From Polyangiaceae bacterium (GTDB lineage Bacteria > Myxococcota_A > Polyangia > Polyangiales > Polyangiaceae), in assembly GCA_965222375.1 (NCBI GenBank), contig CBDCTZ010000014.1:672001-736000 (forward strand): a stretch of 64,000 bases of DNA, in the 5' to 3' direction. Positions 19,027-28,856 of the stretch are shown piece by piece. How positions within the stretch are numbered: the stretch's first letter is position 1; every line of letters starts with the position of its first letter. Below the pieces are notes generated by a model. That model was not told the DNA's origin. It searched no databases and worked only from the letters and a program-made list of their open reading frames with translations. The position numbers were made by a program, and so were the translations under genes.

Positions 19027-20931
19027 TCAGCACTCGTAGACTTCCCACTCCCAAATCACCGGGTTCTGGTTCCAGCTGCAGGATTGCCCGGCGTGAATCG
19101 CGTACAAGCGGATCTGCGTCGTGGTCACCGGTGTCGGGAAGGTGAACTCCCAGTCGCCACTCTTCCCGTTCACAGTGCCTGCGGTGACCCAGGAGGAGCC
19201 ACTCCAGTATTGAATCGTCGCTCCCTCGACATTGCGGCTGCACGACCCAACGCTACAAGACGTCTGAGTCGCCGTGGCCGTATCGATCTTGATGCGCCCG
19301 ACCTTCTTCGCACTCGTCCAGGTGTACCGGGCCCAGGCCGTACCGGGCGTGCTCGTCGCCGTGATCCAGCAATAAGTCGTGGTGGCACACTGGGCCTCGG
19401 TCAGCCCGTCGTTGAAGCGGTCGCCGCCGTAGGTGCCCGTGCCGCCACCGCTGGTCGTGCCCGTGGCGGACAGCGCGTGGTTGACACTCGGGTTACAGGT
19501 GCTGACGCAACTGCCGCTTTGGCAGGCTTGGTTGACGCTGCATTGCTTGCCGCAAATGCCACAGTTGTTGGGGTCATTCTGCAGGTTGACGCATTGCCCG
19601 GAGCAATTGGTGGTGCCGCCGCCGCAGACCAGGGTGCATACGCTGTTCTGGCAACTCTGCCCTGAGGGGCACTTCTTGCCGCAGACGCCGCAATTGTTGG
19701 GGTCGGTCTTGGTGTCGACGCATTGGTTGCTGCAGTTGGTGGTTCCACCGCTGCAGACCAGGGTGCACGTCCCGTTGATGCAGCTCTGTCCGGTCGTGCA
19801 CTTCTTGTTGCACGTGCCGCAGTTATTGGGGTCGGTTTTGGTATCGACGCATTGGTTGTTGCACTTCGTTGTGCCTCCACCGCAGACTAGCTGGCACGCG
19901 CCGCCAAGGCATTGTTGCCCTGCGGAACACGGTTTATTGCAGCCGCTGCAGTGCGCGGGATCTGCATCCGTGTCGACGCACTTGTTTCCGCACTTGGTCA
20001 GCCCGCCGGAGCACACCAGGGTGCACTTACCGGCAGAGCAGCTCTCCCCCGGGGCGCAAGCCTTGGCGCAGGCGCCGCAATGGAAGGGATCGAGCTGAGT
20101 GTCGACACACTTGTTGCTGCAGTTGGTGGTACCGCCGGCGCAGGACAAGGCGCAGCCACCATTGGTGCACACCTCTCCGGTCTTGCACGCTTTGCCGCAA
20201 GTGCCGCAGTTGTTGGGGTCGACTTTCACGTCGACGCATTTGTTGCTGCAGTTGGTGGTGCCACCCAGGCACTGCAACGTGCACCCGCCCAAAGAGCACA
20301 CCTCGCCAATGGCCACGGAGCACGGTTTGTTACACGCGCCGCAGTGGTCCGGATCGACTTGGGTGTCGACGCATTGATTGTTGCAGCTGGTCAGCCCACC
20401 GGTACAGTTCACGGCGCACTGGCCTTGGTTGCAGACTTCCGCGGTCCCGCAGATGGTGCCACACTTGCCGCAATTGCCGGGATCTTGCTGGAGGTCGACG
20501 CATTGTCCGCCGCAGTTGGTCTCGCCGGGCTGACAAGTGGCCTGGCAGCTGCCCGCGGCGCAGACCTGGCCCGAGGGACAGGCGTTGTCGCAGGCGCCAC
20601 AGTGTTCCGGGCTGGACTGCGTGTCTACGCACTTGCCTCCGCATTCCAGGGTGCTGCCGGTGCAACCCGTGGAGCAGGAGCCGTTTGAGCAGAGTTGCCC
20701 GGCCAAGCAGGCGTTGCCGCAGCTACCACAATTCCTCGCATCGCTTTGGGTATCGACACAATTGCTGCCGCAGCTGGTTTGGGGAGGGACGCAGCTTCCG
20801 GTTCCCCCCGAGCCTCCGGTGCCGCTAGCACCTGCGGTACCCGGGGAGCTGCCGCTGTCTGCGGCACAACCCGCAAAGCCAATGGTCAACAGTAGAGAAG
20901 CGACCCAGGCGAAGCATTTGAAAAGGCGCAT
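19027..20931 (-). CDS. Cys-rich repeat lipoprotein (10 repeats) with discoidin-like domain; paralog of 14583-16457
   Basis: Lipobox FAGC; repeat-for-repeat collinear with the first copy; C-terminal NHALSAT...FNDG...IWEWEVY. Confidence 0.88.
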   Translation of the reverse strand: MRLFKCFAWVASLLLTIGFAGCAADSGSSPGTAGASGTGGSGGTGSCVPPQTSCGSNCVDTQSDARNCGSCGNACLAGQLCSNGSCSTGCTGSTLECGGKCVDTQSSPEHCGACDNACPSGQVCAAGSCQATCQPGETNCGGQCVDLQQDPGNCGKCGTICGTAEVCNQGQCAVNCTGGLTSCNNQCVDTQVDPDHCGACNKPCSVAIGEVCSLGGCTLQCLGGTTNCSNKCVDVKVDPNNCGTCGKACKTGEVCTNGGCALSCAGGTTNCSNKCVDTQLDPFHCGACAKACAPGESCSAGKCTLVCSGGLTKCGNKCVDTDADPAHCSGCNKPCSAGQQCLGGACQLVCGGGTTKCNNQCVDTKTDPNNCGTCNKKCTTGQSCINGTCTLVCSGGTTNCSNQCVDTKTDPNNCGVCGKKCPSGQSCQNSVCTLVCGGGTTNCSGQCVNLQNDPNNCGICGKQCSVNQACQSGSCVSTCNPSVNHALSATGTTSGGGTGTYGGDRFNDGLTEAQCATTTYCWITATSTPGTAWARYTWTSAKKVGRIKIDTATATQTSCSVGSCSRNVEGATIQYWSGSSWVTAGTVNGKSGDWEFTFPTPVTTTQIRLYAIHAGQSCSWNQNPVIWEWEVYEC

Positions 20932-20977
20932 GAGCTACAGAGTAGCTCGAACTCGACGTCATAGCGATTGTGTGCAC

Positions 20978-21292
20978 CTACCGGTCGGGCGGTGTGCTCG
21001 GTGGTGCGACACCCACGGCAGAGCTTGCTTCGTCCAGCAGTCGGAGCAGCAAGGTCTCGTCACGACGCATCATTGCGATCTTCAGAAGGCGTGCGCGCGC
21101 GTCATCCGCGGGCATGTCCGAGAGTAGGAGCTTGGCGCGGCGGAGGAGAACCACGAGACGCTGCGGCGCGGACTGGGGCGGGGGTCGCGAGCCGCTCTCG
21201 ACTTTCTCGCGGACGCAGGAGCGCTCGTCCGACAGCTCTGCATCTGCGATCGGCTCAGACGGCGGGGGGGTTTTGGGGGCGTTACCAGTCAT
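20978..21292 (-). CDS. Small hypothetical protein
   Basis: Amphipathic helical DARARLLKIAMMRRDETLL; start uncertain. Confidence 0.5.
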   Translation of the reverse strand: MTGNAPKTPPPSEPIADAELSDERSCVREKVESGSRPPPQSAPQRLVVLLRRAKLLLSDMPADDARARLLKIAMMRRDETLLLRLLDEASSAVGVAPPSTPPDR

Positions 21293-21591
21293 GCTTTCTC
21301 GTCAACGTGTGAAGTGCACGAAGCGTTCCCAGCCAATACGTGCGAGTGGCCTCCAGGGATCTGAAGACCCTGAATTTCCACGAGTTTTGCTGCTTTTCGC
21401 CGGATCCGGCGGGACGGAGCCCGGATATGTGCGCCGAATTGCCCGACTCTGGAGGCGCTCGGCCCCGCAGCTTTTTCATAGCGCCCAAGTGCGAAGGACA
21501 TTTCGCAAGGGACAGCTCCGTTGCCAATCCGCCCACAGGTCCCTACAGTTTCGCCCGGATTGGGGCATGGGCCCTCAGTCCACGCCGAGCC

Positions 21592-22191
21592 ATGTTGCGC
21601 CCGACTCCAGATTCGCCTCGCATGTTCGAGAGCGACTTCTTTGATTTCTTCTCGCGAACTCATCCGCTCGTCGTACCGGTACTGTTTGTACCGGCCGTCG
21701 TGACATTGCTTTGGTACGGCATAGCGTGTGCTGGTGTCGGCATTGCGCTGTCCCTGCTGCTCTTCGCAGGTGGCGCCATCGTCTGGAGCTTGACCGAGTA
21801 CTGGCTCCACCGCACTTTCTTCCACTGGATCCCCAAAGTGAGTTGGGGTGAGCGCATGCACTTTCTCGTGCACGGCGTGCATCACACGTGGCCCCGGGAC
21901 AAGTACCGTCTCGTGATGCCGCCGGCGGTGAGCATCACGCTCTTCTTCACCTTCTTCGGTGTCTTCTACCTGGCGCTGGGTACGACCTACGTGTGGCCGT
22001 TTCACGCGGGCTTCAGTCTTGGCTACATGGCCTACGACTTGACCCACTACTACATCCACCACTACAACCCGCGCTCAAAGTACGGACTTTTGCTGAAGAA
22101 GCACCACATGCTGCACCATCACAAGTACCCGAACGCGAAATTTGGGGTGTCCAGCATGTTCTGGGACGGCGTTTTCGGTACGAAAGGCTGA
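21592..22191 (+). CDS. Fatty acid hydroxylase family (FA2H/Scs7-like)
   Basis: EYWLHRTFFH, HFLVHGVHH, RLVMPP, YDLTHYYIHH, KKHHMLHH, FGVSS. Confidence 0.9.
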   Translation: MLRPTPDSPRMFESDFFDFFSRTHPLVVPVLFVPAVVTLLWYGIACAGVGIALSLLLFAGGAIVWSLTEYWLHRTFFHWIPKVSWGERMHFLVHGVHHTWPRDKYRLVMPPAVSITLFFTFFGVFYLALGTTYVWPFHAGFSLGYMAYDLTHYYIHHYNPRSKYGLLLKKHHMLHHHKYPNAKFGVSSMFWDGVFGTKG

Positions 22192-22194
22192 GCC

Positions 22195-22536
22195 ATGTCG
22201 GACGCTGGCGAGATTGAGCGCCCAGAGTACGTCTTGCCTGTGATTCCCGCAGAGCTGGAGCTGGAGCCGCTGCTGGTCGCGTTGCTCCACACCGTTGCGT
22301 TTCTGGACCTAGCCGACGACGAACTGATGGATCCCGAGGCCGCTGGCGATGCGCTGGAACACGTCGGAATGTACGTGCAGCGCCTGCCCGATGAGCGTCT
22401 CAATGCCATCACTGCGGACCTGGAAAAGCTAGATGCTCATGCGCAGAGCGCGGGCTGGAGCGACGCCCAGCGCGAAGTGGTGCGGGACTTTCTCTACAGT
22501 TGCGGGATTGGCGACGACCGAGACGACGACGGTTGA
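22195..22536 (+). CDS. Acidic hypothetical protein
   Basis: Starts 3 bp after upstream stop; typical codon usage. Confidence 0.65.
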   Translation: MSDAGEIERPEYVLPVIPAELELEPLLVALLHTVAFLDLADDELMDPEAAGDALEHVGMYVQRLPDERLNAITADLEKLDAHAQSAGWSDAQREVVRDFLYSCGIGDDRDDDG

Positions 22537-22592
22537 GGGTCAGTTGGTTTCGGCGCGCCCTGCGTCTCTGATGCATCCGCTACGCTCCGGCC

Positions 22593-22827
22593 ATGACCGA
22601 GCAGGGCACCATACACACGGCCACAGGTCTTCGAGCTGGACCCGGAGGCTGCCAAAGCCCTCGAAGACGAGGTGTTCCGTTGGATTGGGCGCCAGCCCGA
22701 TGCGACTGAGGGCGTCGAGTCCTTCCTCGAAAAGCGCGCGCCTCGGTGGAAGATGACCAAATCCGCCGAGCTTCCAACCCAGCTGCGTGATCGATTGGGC
22801 CAATCTCCCACTGAGACCCAAGGCTGA
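22593..22827 (+). pseudogene. Enoyl-CoA hydratase remnant (internal deletion)
   Basis: ATG-MTEQGTIHT followed out of frame by crotonase C-terminus EDEVFRWIGRQPDATEGVESFLEKRAPRW. Confidence 0.65.
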
Positions 22828-22903
22828 CGACCGCGGCACGGGTTGCGTGACCGGTGGAGAAGGGGGCGCGACGATTCTCCGGGTCGCGCCGTCGCCACCG
22901 GCA

Positions 22904-24085
22904 CTACTTGCCCTTGCCCAGGCCGATTCCCTGCATCAAGTCGGAAGCTTTCGCTTTCTTGGGCACGTACTTCTTCCTCGGCGCCTTCTGTTGCGGAGCG
23001 GATTGGGGTGGCGGTTGTTGCAGAGCGGTCTGCGGCGGCGTTGGCTTCTGTGCCGTGACCGGAGGCGGCACGTCTGGGAAGGCCTGGATGGAGCCCTTCT
23101 CCGGCGTCGAGTCCTTGTTCAGAGGCGGGTTCAACTTCGAGGTCGGGCCAGGTGGCGGCAGGTACTGGGTCTTGCCTTTCGGGAGAGGCGCCTTCGGCGC
23201 TTCTTGCTGTTGCGGCGCCTTCTGCTGCTGCTGATCGTCATTAGGCGCGGGGTCCGGCGGAACCACGTTGGGCAGCGGTCCACTCTTGCCCTTGCCCTTG
23301 CTGCTTTGAGCCTTGGCCCGTGCGGCCCCAACCCGAGGCGTGGAATCCCCAGCGGGATCGAGCTGCTTCGCTTCATCGAGACCACGCAGGCAGTCGTCCC
23401 ACAGCGCGTTGTCGCATTTGTCTAGTGCGCGCTCGCGGATCTCTCGGGCGCGCTCGAGGGCGTTGGGCACCTTCTCTCGGGCGATGTCGTCTCCGCCCGG
23501 CGCGGCTTTGCGCAGTACGAACCACGCCGCCAACACCACTGCCGCCAGCAATGCCGCTGCCGCCAGCTGGGCGGCCCAGCGGGTGCGGAAGTGCTTGCGC
23601 ATGCGGCTCACGCGCTGCCGCACTCGCGGCGCAGGCAACTCGGCTTCACCGGCGATGTGCTCTAGCTTCTCTCCGTCGCCCTCCCGGAGCATCCATTCCA
23701 ATGTGTCCTTCGCGTCCGAGTTGGGCGGCAATTCGTCTTCGGCCCAGCGCAGCAAATCTCGAGCACTCGCCGGGGAACTCTCTGCGGCGACTTCGTGGTT
23801 TTCGGGTTCGGAAAGCTGCTCGCGCTTCCCGCGGCGGTAGTGATCGACGATCTTGTTTCGGGCGATTCGATGCACCCAGCGCCGGACCTCTTCTGGGTCG
23901 TCTGGGCCGCGCTCTGCCGCCAGAGCGTCGGTCAGGGTGGCCTGAACGACGTCGTCTGCCTCGTGCTCCGACACCCTTCGTCGCGCATAACGCAGCAAAT
24001 CCCGATGCAATGCCGGGTCCGACAATGCCTGGTGACGGGCGCTGGTTGTGGGGGCAAGATCAGCCATGGACAGAGCGGTGTTCAT
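22904..24085 (-). CDS. ECF sigma factor fused to a TM helix and Pro-rich C-terminal extension
   Basis: Region 2 ADDVVQAT...WVHRIARNKIVDHYRR; region 4 EKLEHIA...VRQRVSRMRK; TM LAAAALLAAVVLAAWFVL; CLRGLDEAKQLDP. Confidence 0.82.
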   Translation of the reverse strand: MNTALSMADLAPTTSARHQALSDPALHRDLLRYARRRVSEHEADDVVQATLTDALAAERGPDDPEEVRRWVHRIARNKIVDHYRRGKREQLSEPENHEVAAESSPASARDLLRWAEDELPPNSDAKDTLEWMLREGDGEKLEHIAGEAELPAPRVRQRVSRMRKHFRTRWAAQLAAAALLAAVVLAAWFVLRKAAPGGDDIAREKVPNALERAREIRERALDKCDNALWDDCLRGLDEAKQLDPAGDSTPRVGAARAKAQSSKGKGKSGPLPNVVPPDPAPNDDQQQQKAPQQQEAPKAPLPKGKTQYLPPPGPTSKLNPPLNKDSTPEKGSIQAFPDVPPPVTAQKPTPPQTALQQPPPQSAPQQKAPRKKYVPKKAKASDLMQGIGLGKGK

Positions 24086-24187
24086 CTAAAAGGCACATCG
24101 CCTTCACCCGACAGAGTGTGACAGCGTGCAGGAAGATTTTGTTTCAGCTTCAATGATTCCGGGCAATTACGCGGGCGTTTCAAGGCT

Positions 24188-24904
24188 TTGGGCGTGGTCG
24201 GAGCCGATCCGGTGAAGGCCCCGCCGACGAAGCTCGGGCGAAAGGTCCGTGCCGCTCTCAAAGGCCAGCGGGACCCGGCTCGGGCGCCGGAGATGCAGGC
24301 CTACATGAAGTCGGAAATGCCCTACCTGGGTGTTTCTGCCCCCCTTCGCCGCCGCTGTGTTCGGTCTTCGTGTCGAGGCAGCCCCATCTCCTCTCAGAAA
24401 CAGTTCAAGGCCACAATCTTGGATCTGTGGCGCAACGCGAAGTTTCGGGAGGAGCGCTACGCCGCTGTCGACGTTCTTGTCGACAAGAAGAACGCCGATT
24501 TCCTCGACCTCGCCCTGTTGCCCACCGTAGAGGAGATGATCGTCAGCGGCGCGTGGTGGGATTACGTGGATCCGCTCGCGTCCCACGCCATCGGCCGTCT
24601 ACTGAGCGCGCACCCCGGGCGCATGCGCCGCAAGTTGCTGTCCTGGAGCAAGGGCAAGAACATCTGGAAGCGACGCACTGCGATCCTGTCACAGCTGAGC
24701 TTCGGCACAGAGACCGACGACGAGTTCCTGCTCGCCTGCATCGAGCCGAGTTTGCAAGAGAAGGAGTTTTTCCTGCAAAAGGCGATCGGATGGGCCTTGC
24801 GCCAACGCGCTTGGTCAAAGCCAGCAGTCACTCGACGGCTGGTTCGCAAGCTCGGCGCACAGCTGAGCCCGCTGGCGCGCCGAGAAGCGCTCAAGAACCT
24901 GTGA
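24188..24904 (+). CDS. DNA alkylation repair protein (AlkD-like)
   Basis: MQAYMKSEMPYLGV, FREERYAA, GAWWDYVD, EFFLQKAIGWALR. Confidence 0.88.
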   Translation: MGVVGADPVKAPPTKLGRKVRAALKGQRDPARAPEMQAYMKSEMPYLGVSAPLRRRCVRSSCRGSPISSQKQFKATILDLWRNAKFREERYAAVDVLVDKKNADFLDLALLPTVEEMIVSGAWWDYVDPLASHAIGRLLSAHPGRMRRKLLSWSKGKNIWKRRTAILSQLSFGTETDDEFLLACIEPSLQEKEFFLQKAIGWALRQRAWSKPAVTRRLVRKLGAQLSPLARREALKNL

Positions 24905-24943
24905 ACGGGTTCGCGGCGCGCCCTGGTTCTGGCGCTGAGCTGC

Positions 24944-25723
24944 TCAAGTGCCGGCGTCGTTGATGCACTTCGTGTACGCCGTGAAATCGGCGCCGCAGCC
25001 CGGAGCGACGGCAAAGCCAAGCACACAGCTGAACGTCTTGGGGGTTGCGCAGTTCAGGAATGTAGTCCACTCGCCATCGCAGCCCGTACCGGTGGCACCG
25101 AGCCACTTGCAGTTGGACTCGCATTCGTCCTTCGTGCCGTTGCCCGGGCAGTTCGCGGCGACGACTTTGTCGCAGTAGTCGGAACAAGGTTTCACGATCG
25201 CCGGATTGGGGTTTTCTTTCACTGCGCAGTTGATGGCTTTCAGGTAGTCGACGCCGCAACCCTTCGCGACCGGGTCGCCGGCTGCGTTGCAGGTCACGCC
25301 ATTCTTTTTGACGCAGGCCATGTACGCCAACCCCGTGGGGTCACAGGTAGCCGCTGACGTGAGCCGCTTGCAGGTCAGCAAGCAGCCCTTCATGGTTGGG
25401 CCTTTGCTGCAGGCCGCACCGGTAATCGCCGCGCACAAGTCGTTGCAGCCTGCGTTGGCGCCGCCGCTCCCTGCAGAGCCGCCAGCACCCCCGCTCCCGG
25501 CAGCACCGGAGGTGCCCCCGGAGCCCGAAGCTCCGGCGCTTCCCGAAGACCCCGCGGAGCCCGCAGACCCCGAGGCCCCACCGGCACCTGCGCTGGCTCC
25601 GCTTCCGGATGCCCCCGCGCTTCCGGAGGTGCCGCCGCTTCCGCCCGAAGTCGAGCTCTCACTGCTGCAGGCAGCCACGATGGCCATCAATCCGCCAGTC
25701 AGAAGAAGTGAGCGCTTTCTCAT
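24944..25723 (-). CDS. Gly/Ser-linker, Cys-rich lipoprotein
   Basis: MRKRSLLL...VAAC lipobox; GS linker; two Cys-rich helical repeats. Confidence 0.8.
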   Translation of the reverse strand: MRKRSLLLTGGLMAIVAACSSESSTSGGSGGTSGSAGASGSGASAGAGGASGSAGSAGSSGSAGASGSGGTSGAAGSGGAGGSAGSGGANAGCNDLCAAITGAACSKGPTMKGCLLTCKRLTSAATCDPTGLAYMACVKKNGVTCNAAGDPVAKGCGVDYLKAINCAVKENPNPAIVKPCSDYCDKVVAANCPGNGTKDECESNCKWLGATGTGCDGEWTTFLNCATPKTFSCVLGFAVAPGCGADFTAYTKCINDAGT

Positions 25724-25798
25724 AAGTCGAACCTCCGCTAAGGCTCTCAGCGTATCACGACGTCTGCCACCGGCACCCTTTCCCATCCCGAGCTTTGC

Positions 25799-27076
25799 AT
25801 GGCCAAAACTGGACCCGAGCCACCCTGGACCATCGAACGCATCGTGCCCGGTGGCGAAGGACTCGCCCGGCTACACGACGGGCGAGTGGGTTTCGCGGCC
25901 GGTACGGCACCCGGCGACGTGATCAGCGTCAGCCGCATGCAGTCGAAGAAGAGCTTTGCTCGCGCGCGCAAGTACGAGCTCCTGACGCCTGGTCCCGCGC
26001 GAATCGCGCCCGAGTGCGCGTATGCCAAGAAGTGTGGTGGCTGCGATCTGATGCACCTGTCGCGGGAGGCAGAGCTGGAGGCCAAACGAGGCATTTTGCA
26101 GCAGGCGCTCAAACGCACGGGTGGGTTCCACGACCTCGCCGAAACGCCGCTGGAGGTCCGCAGTGGTGAAGCTGTGGGCTACCGCACGCGCATGCGCGTG
26201 CATGTCGGCCGGAGCGGCAGCATCGGTCTCTACGCGCTGCACAGCCACATGATCGTCGCCATCGACCGTTGCCTGGTGGCGAGTGACGCCCTGAATGCGG
26301 GACTATCGACCTTAGAGGCGGCGGCGCAAGCGCACGACGGGTTGGTGCGCTCGGTGGGTGAAGTCGAGATTCGCGTCGACGAAAGTGACGCCGTGCACTT
26401 TCACGCGGTGGCTCGCCAGGGGGTGGATCCGGCTCAAGCGCAGATCGCCATAGCCTCGGCTCTCGGTCCGGCGTCCACCTCCGTCTTGGGTGCAGGCATG
26501 ACCGGTGAGCATCAGCTGTACTCCCTCACTGACTCCACCAAGCTGCACGCGTCGCCGGCGGCGTTCACCCAAGTGAATTGGGAAGTGAATCGGATGATCA
26601 TCAGCGAGATTTTGTCCGAAGCCAAGGCCCGTCAGTGGGAGCGCTTCGTCGACCTATACTGCGGCGCGGGCAACTTCACGTTGCCGCTACTTGCTGCGGG
26701 GCTCAAGGGCATGGCTGTGGACCGGGACGGTGCGGGCCTGCGCTCGGCGCGACGCGGCGCGACCGTCCAAGGGCTCGACGACAGTGTTTTCGTTGGCGGC
26801 GATGTGATCGATCGCCTTTCTGAGGTTCCGGCGGAGCTCATCCCTGTAGACTTGCTGGTCTTGGATCCGCCTCGAAGTGGCGCGAAGGACGCAATCGATG
26901 CCATCGCGCGGCTTCGTGCAAGCTGGATTGCCTACGTGAGTTGTGATCCGGTGACCTTGGCGAGGGATGCAAAGAGCCTTTCCAATCGTGGGTACTCGGT
27001 GACCTCCGTGCGCGGCTACGACATGTTTCCGCGGACCCATCACTTCGAAACAGTGATGTGGTTGCAGGCGCGTTGA
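25799..27076 (+). CDS. rlmD: RlmD/TrmA-family RNA (uracil-5)-methyltransferase
   Basis: TRAM-like N-terminus, C...CGGC Fe-S motif, AFTQVN, DLYCGAGNF, LDPPRSG, YVSCDPVTLARD, DMFPRTHHFE. Confidence 0.85.
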   Translation: MAKTGPEPPWTIERIVPGGEGLARLHDGRVGFAAGTAPGDVISVSRMQSKKSFARARKYELLTPGPARIAPECAYAKKCGGCDLMHLSREAELEAKRGILQQALKRTGGFHDLAETPLEVRSGEAVGYRTRMRVHVGRSGSIGLYALHSHMIVAIDRCLVASDALNAGLSTLEAAAQAHDGLVRSVGEVEIRVDESDAVHFHAVARQGVDPAQAQIAIASALGPASTSVLGAGMTGEHQLYSLTDSTKLHASPAAFTQVNWEVNRMIISEILSEAKARQWERFVDLYCGAGNFTLPLLAAGLKGMAVDRDGAGLRSARRGATVQGLDDSVFVGGDVIDRLSEVPAELIPVDLLVLDPPRSGAKDAIDAIARLRASWIAYVSCDPVTLARDAKSLSNRGYSVTSVRGYDMFPRTHHFETVMWLQAR

Positions 27077-27079
27077 GCC

Positions 27080-27385
27080 ATGCGGATTGCCGTCCTCGCG
27101 CTGAGCATTGCAATTGCTGGCTGCGGTTCCCGCTCTGGCTTGCCCGCACCTGGCGAGGAACCAAGTTCTACTCAGCCCAATGCCCCGTGTAGCGCCAACG
27201 TCGGCGCGGGCGCCGTCGCACTCGCGAAGCTGGATTCCCAGCCCTCGGCGCTCGTGCCCGCCGGGTCTCATGTGGTGGTGGCGGACTGGGCGTTCACGGG
27301 GAGCATCTATCGCGCCACGAACGGGTGGCGACCCAGTGGCCGCGCTCGGTGTACTCGACGTCGAGGGCAACTTGGCTCATCATGA
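27080..27385 (+). pseudogene. Truncated or frameshifted lipoprotein
   Basis: Lipobox IAGC; propeller-like GSIYR continues as TGGDPVAAL in another frame and then stops. Confidence 0.45.
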
Positions 27386-28191
27386 ATGTCATGAGGCGCG
27401 CGGGCACGATTGCGGCATTACTTACGCTGCCCGCGCTCGTGGCGTGCAGCAATGTGCTCGGTTACGACGACGTGTCTTTCAACGACGCAGGTGCCGGTAC
27501 CAGCGGCGCCGCAGCCGGCGGTAACTCGGGCAGTGGCGCGGGAGGTGGCGCGACCGGTGGCGCATCCAGTGGCGGTTCATCGAGCGGCGGCGCATCCAGT
27601 GGCGGTTCATCGAGCGGCGGCGCCCCCAGTGGCGGCGCTTCAAGTGGGGGCGCCTCGAGTGGCGGAACGTCGAGCGGCGGCGCCTCGAGTGGTGGTACCT
27701 CCAGCGGCGGCGCCTCCAGTGGCGGAACGTCGAGCGGCGGCGGTGGGAACGACCCCTTTGCCGCCCAACGCCAAACTTGCGTCGACACGATCAATCAGCT
27801 CCGGGCGACCAAGGGTCTGCCGCCGCTGCAGCGCTGGACTGCTGGGGAAGATTGCGCCGACAAGCAGGCCACCGACGACAATCAGACCGGCAAGCCCCAC
27901 GGCGCGTGGAGTTCGAAGAAGTTCGGCTGCGACGGAGGCTCCGCGCAAAACGAGTGTCTGGGTGGCGCCATCGTCAGCTGTCTCAACAGCATGTGGAACG
28001 AAAAGAACAAGGCGGGTTGCGCAGGCTGTGACCAATGCACAGGCCCTGGAGGCTGCACGGGCTGTGATTTCTATGGAGACAAGACCGGCGACGTCTGTGG
28101 CCACTACGTGAACATGAGCGCGAAGTGGTTCACCAAAGTTGCCTGTGGCTTCAGCTCCGCCGGTAGCTGGGCCGTGCAGAACTATCGTTGA
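27382..28191 (+). CDS. CAP/SCP-like domain lipoprotein with Gly-Ser linker
   Basis: Lipobox LVAC; CVDTINQLRATKGLPPL, AQNEC, GHYVNM...KVACGF. Confidence 0.8.
   Translation: MNVMRRAGTIAALLTLPALVACSNVLGYDDVSFNDAGAGTSGAAAGGNSGSGAGGGATGGASSGGSSSGGASSGGSSSGGAPSGGASSGGASSGGTSSGGASSGGTSSGGASSGGTSSGGGGNDPFAAQRQTCVDTINQLRATKGLPPLQRWTAGEDCADKQATDDNQTGKPHGAWSSKKFGCDGGSAQNECLGGAIVSCLNSMWNEKNKAGCAGCDQCTGPGGCTGCDFYGDKTGDVCGHYVNMSAKWFTKVACGFSSAGSWAVQNYR
27556..27735 (+). repeat. 12 x 15-bp coding tandem repeat (GG[A/S/T][S/P]S)
   Basis: Degenerate in-frame repeat encoding the linker. Confidence 0.85.
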
Positions 28192-28326
28192 CGCGAGTGC
28201 AAGCTAGGCGTTCTGCAGGTAGGTCTTGCCCTTGTGGAAGTACGCCGTGATGGCGAATCCTAACGCGAAACCGCCGTGACGGGTATCCCCACTCGCTGAG
28301 CCGCCGCTGCGGCGGCCGCACAAACT

Positions 28327-28779
28327 CTACTGGGCCAACGACGGCAGCTTCTCGCGAAGCCGCACAGCGAGAGCATCGAAATCGAACTTGTCAGGCCGGT
28401 GACCGTCCGGAAGGCATGCGATATCGAAGGCGGCGGACGCTGCCAGCTGCAGTTTTTCTGGCGGCAAGTCCAGGCGCTGCCCCAAAGCTTTCAGGTGCTT
28501 CAACTCTTCCGCGTTGGTGACGCCATCGAGCTTGGCCAGCCAATTGGCGATGGCGTAGGTGACCGCGCGTTCCCAGCCGGTCATCGCACTGAGTTCTACA
28601 CCCTCGAGCTCCACGCCCTCTTTGGTGGCAGCTTCGACAGCGGTGAGGTCCGCACCTTCGATGCCGCAGGCTTTGGCTGCACGGAGCAATCCGTCGATCT
28701 CGGTTTTCTTCATCCAACCATCCGCCCAGGCAACGCCGGTGATGGCCAGGAATGATTCACGGGGAAGGGTCAGCGCCAT
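28327..28779 (-). CDS. TerB/DUF533-like protein
   Basis: VAWADGWMKKTE and LAKLDGVTNAEE...LGQRLDL duplicated TerB motifs. Confidence 0.7.
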   Translation of the reverse strand: MALTLPRESFLAITGVAWADGWMKKTEIDGLLRAAKACGIEGADLTAVEAATKEGVELEGVELSAMTGWERAVTYAIANWLAKLDGVTNAEELKHLKALGQRLDLPPEKLQLAASAAFDIACLPDGHRPDKFDFDALAVRLREKLPSLAQ

Positions 28780-28856
28780 GCGCGCGACGCTAGCATCGCC
28801 TCGTCTCGCGCGCATCAGATCCTGGAGTTTGGGGAGTTTGCGGGATAGTTTCCGGC

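Noticed and set aside
27556..27735. Phase variation at the 15-bp GS repeat
   Set aside because: Unit is a multiple of 3 and degenerate; an ordinary flexible linker.
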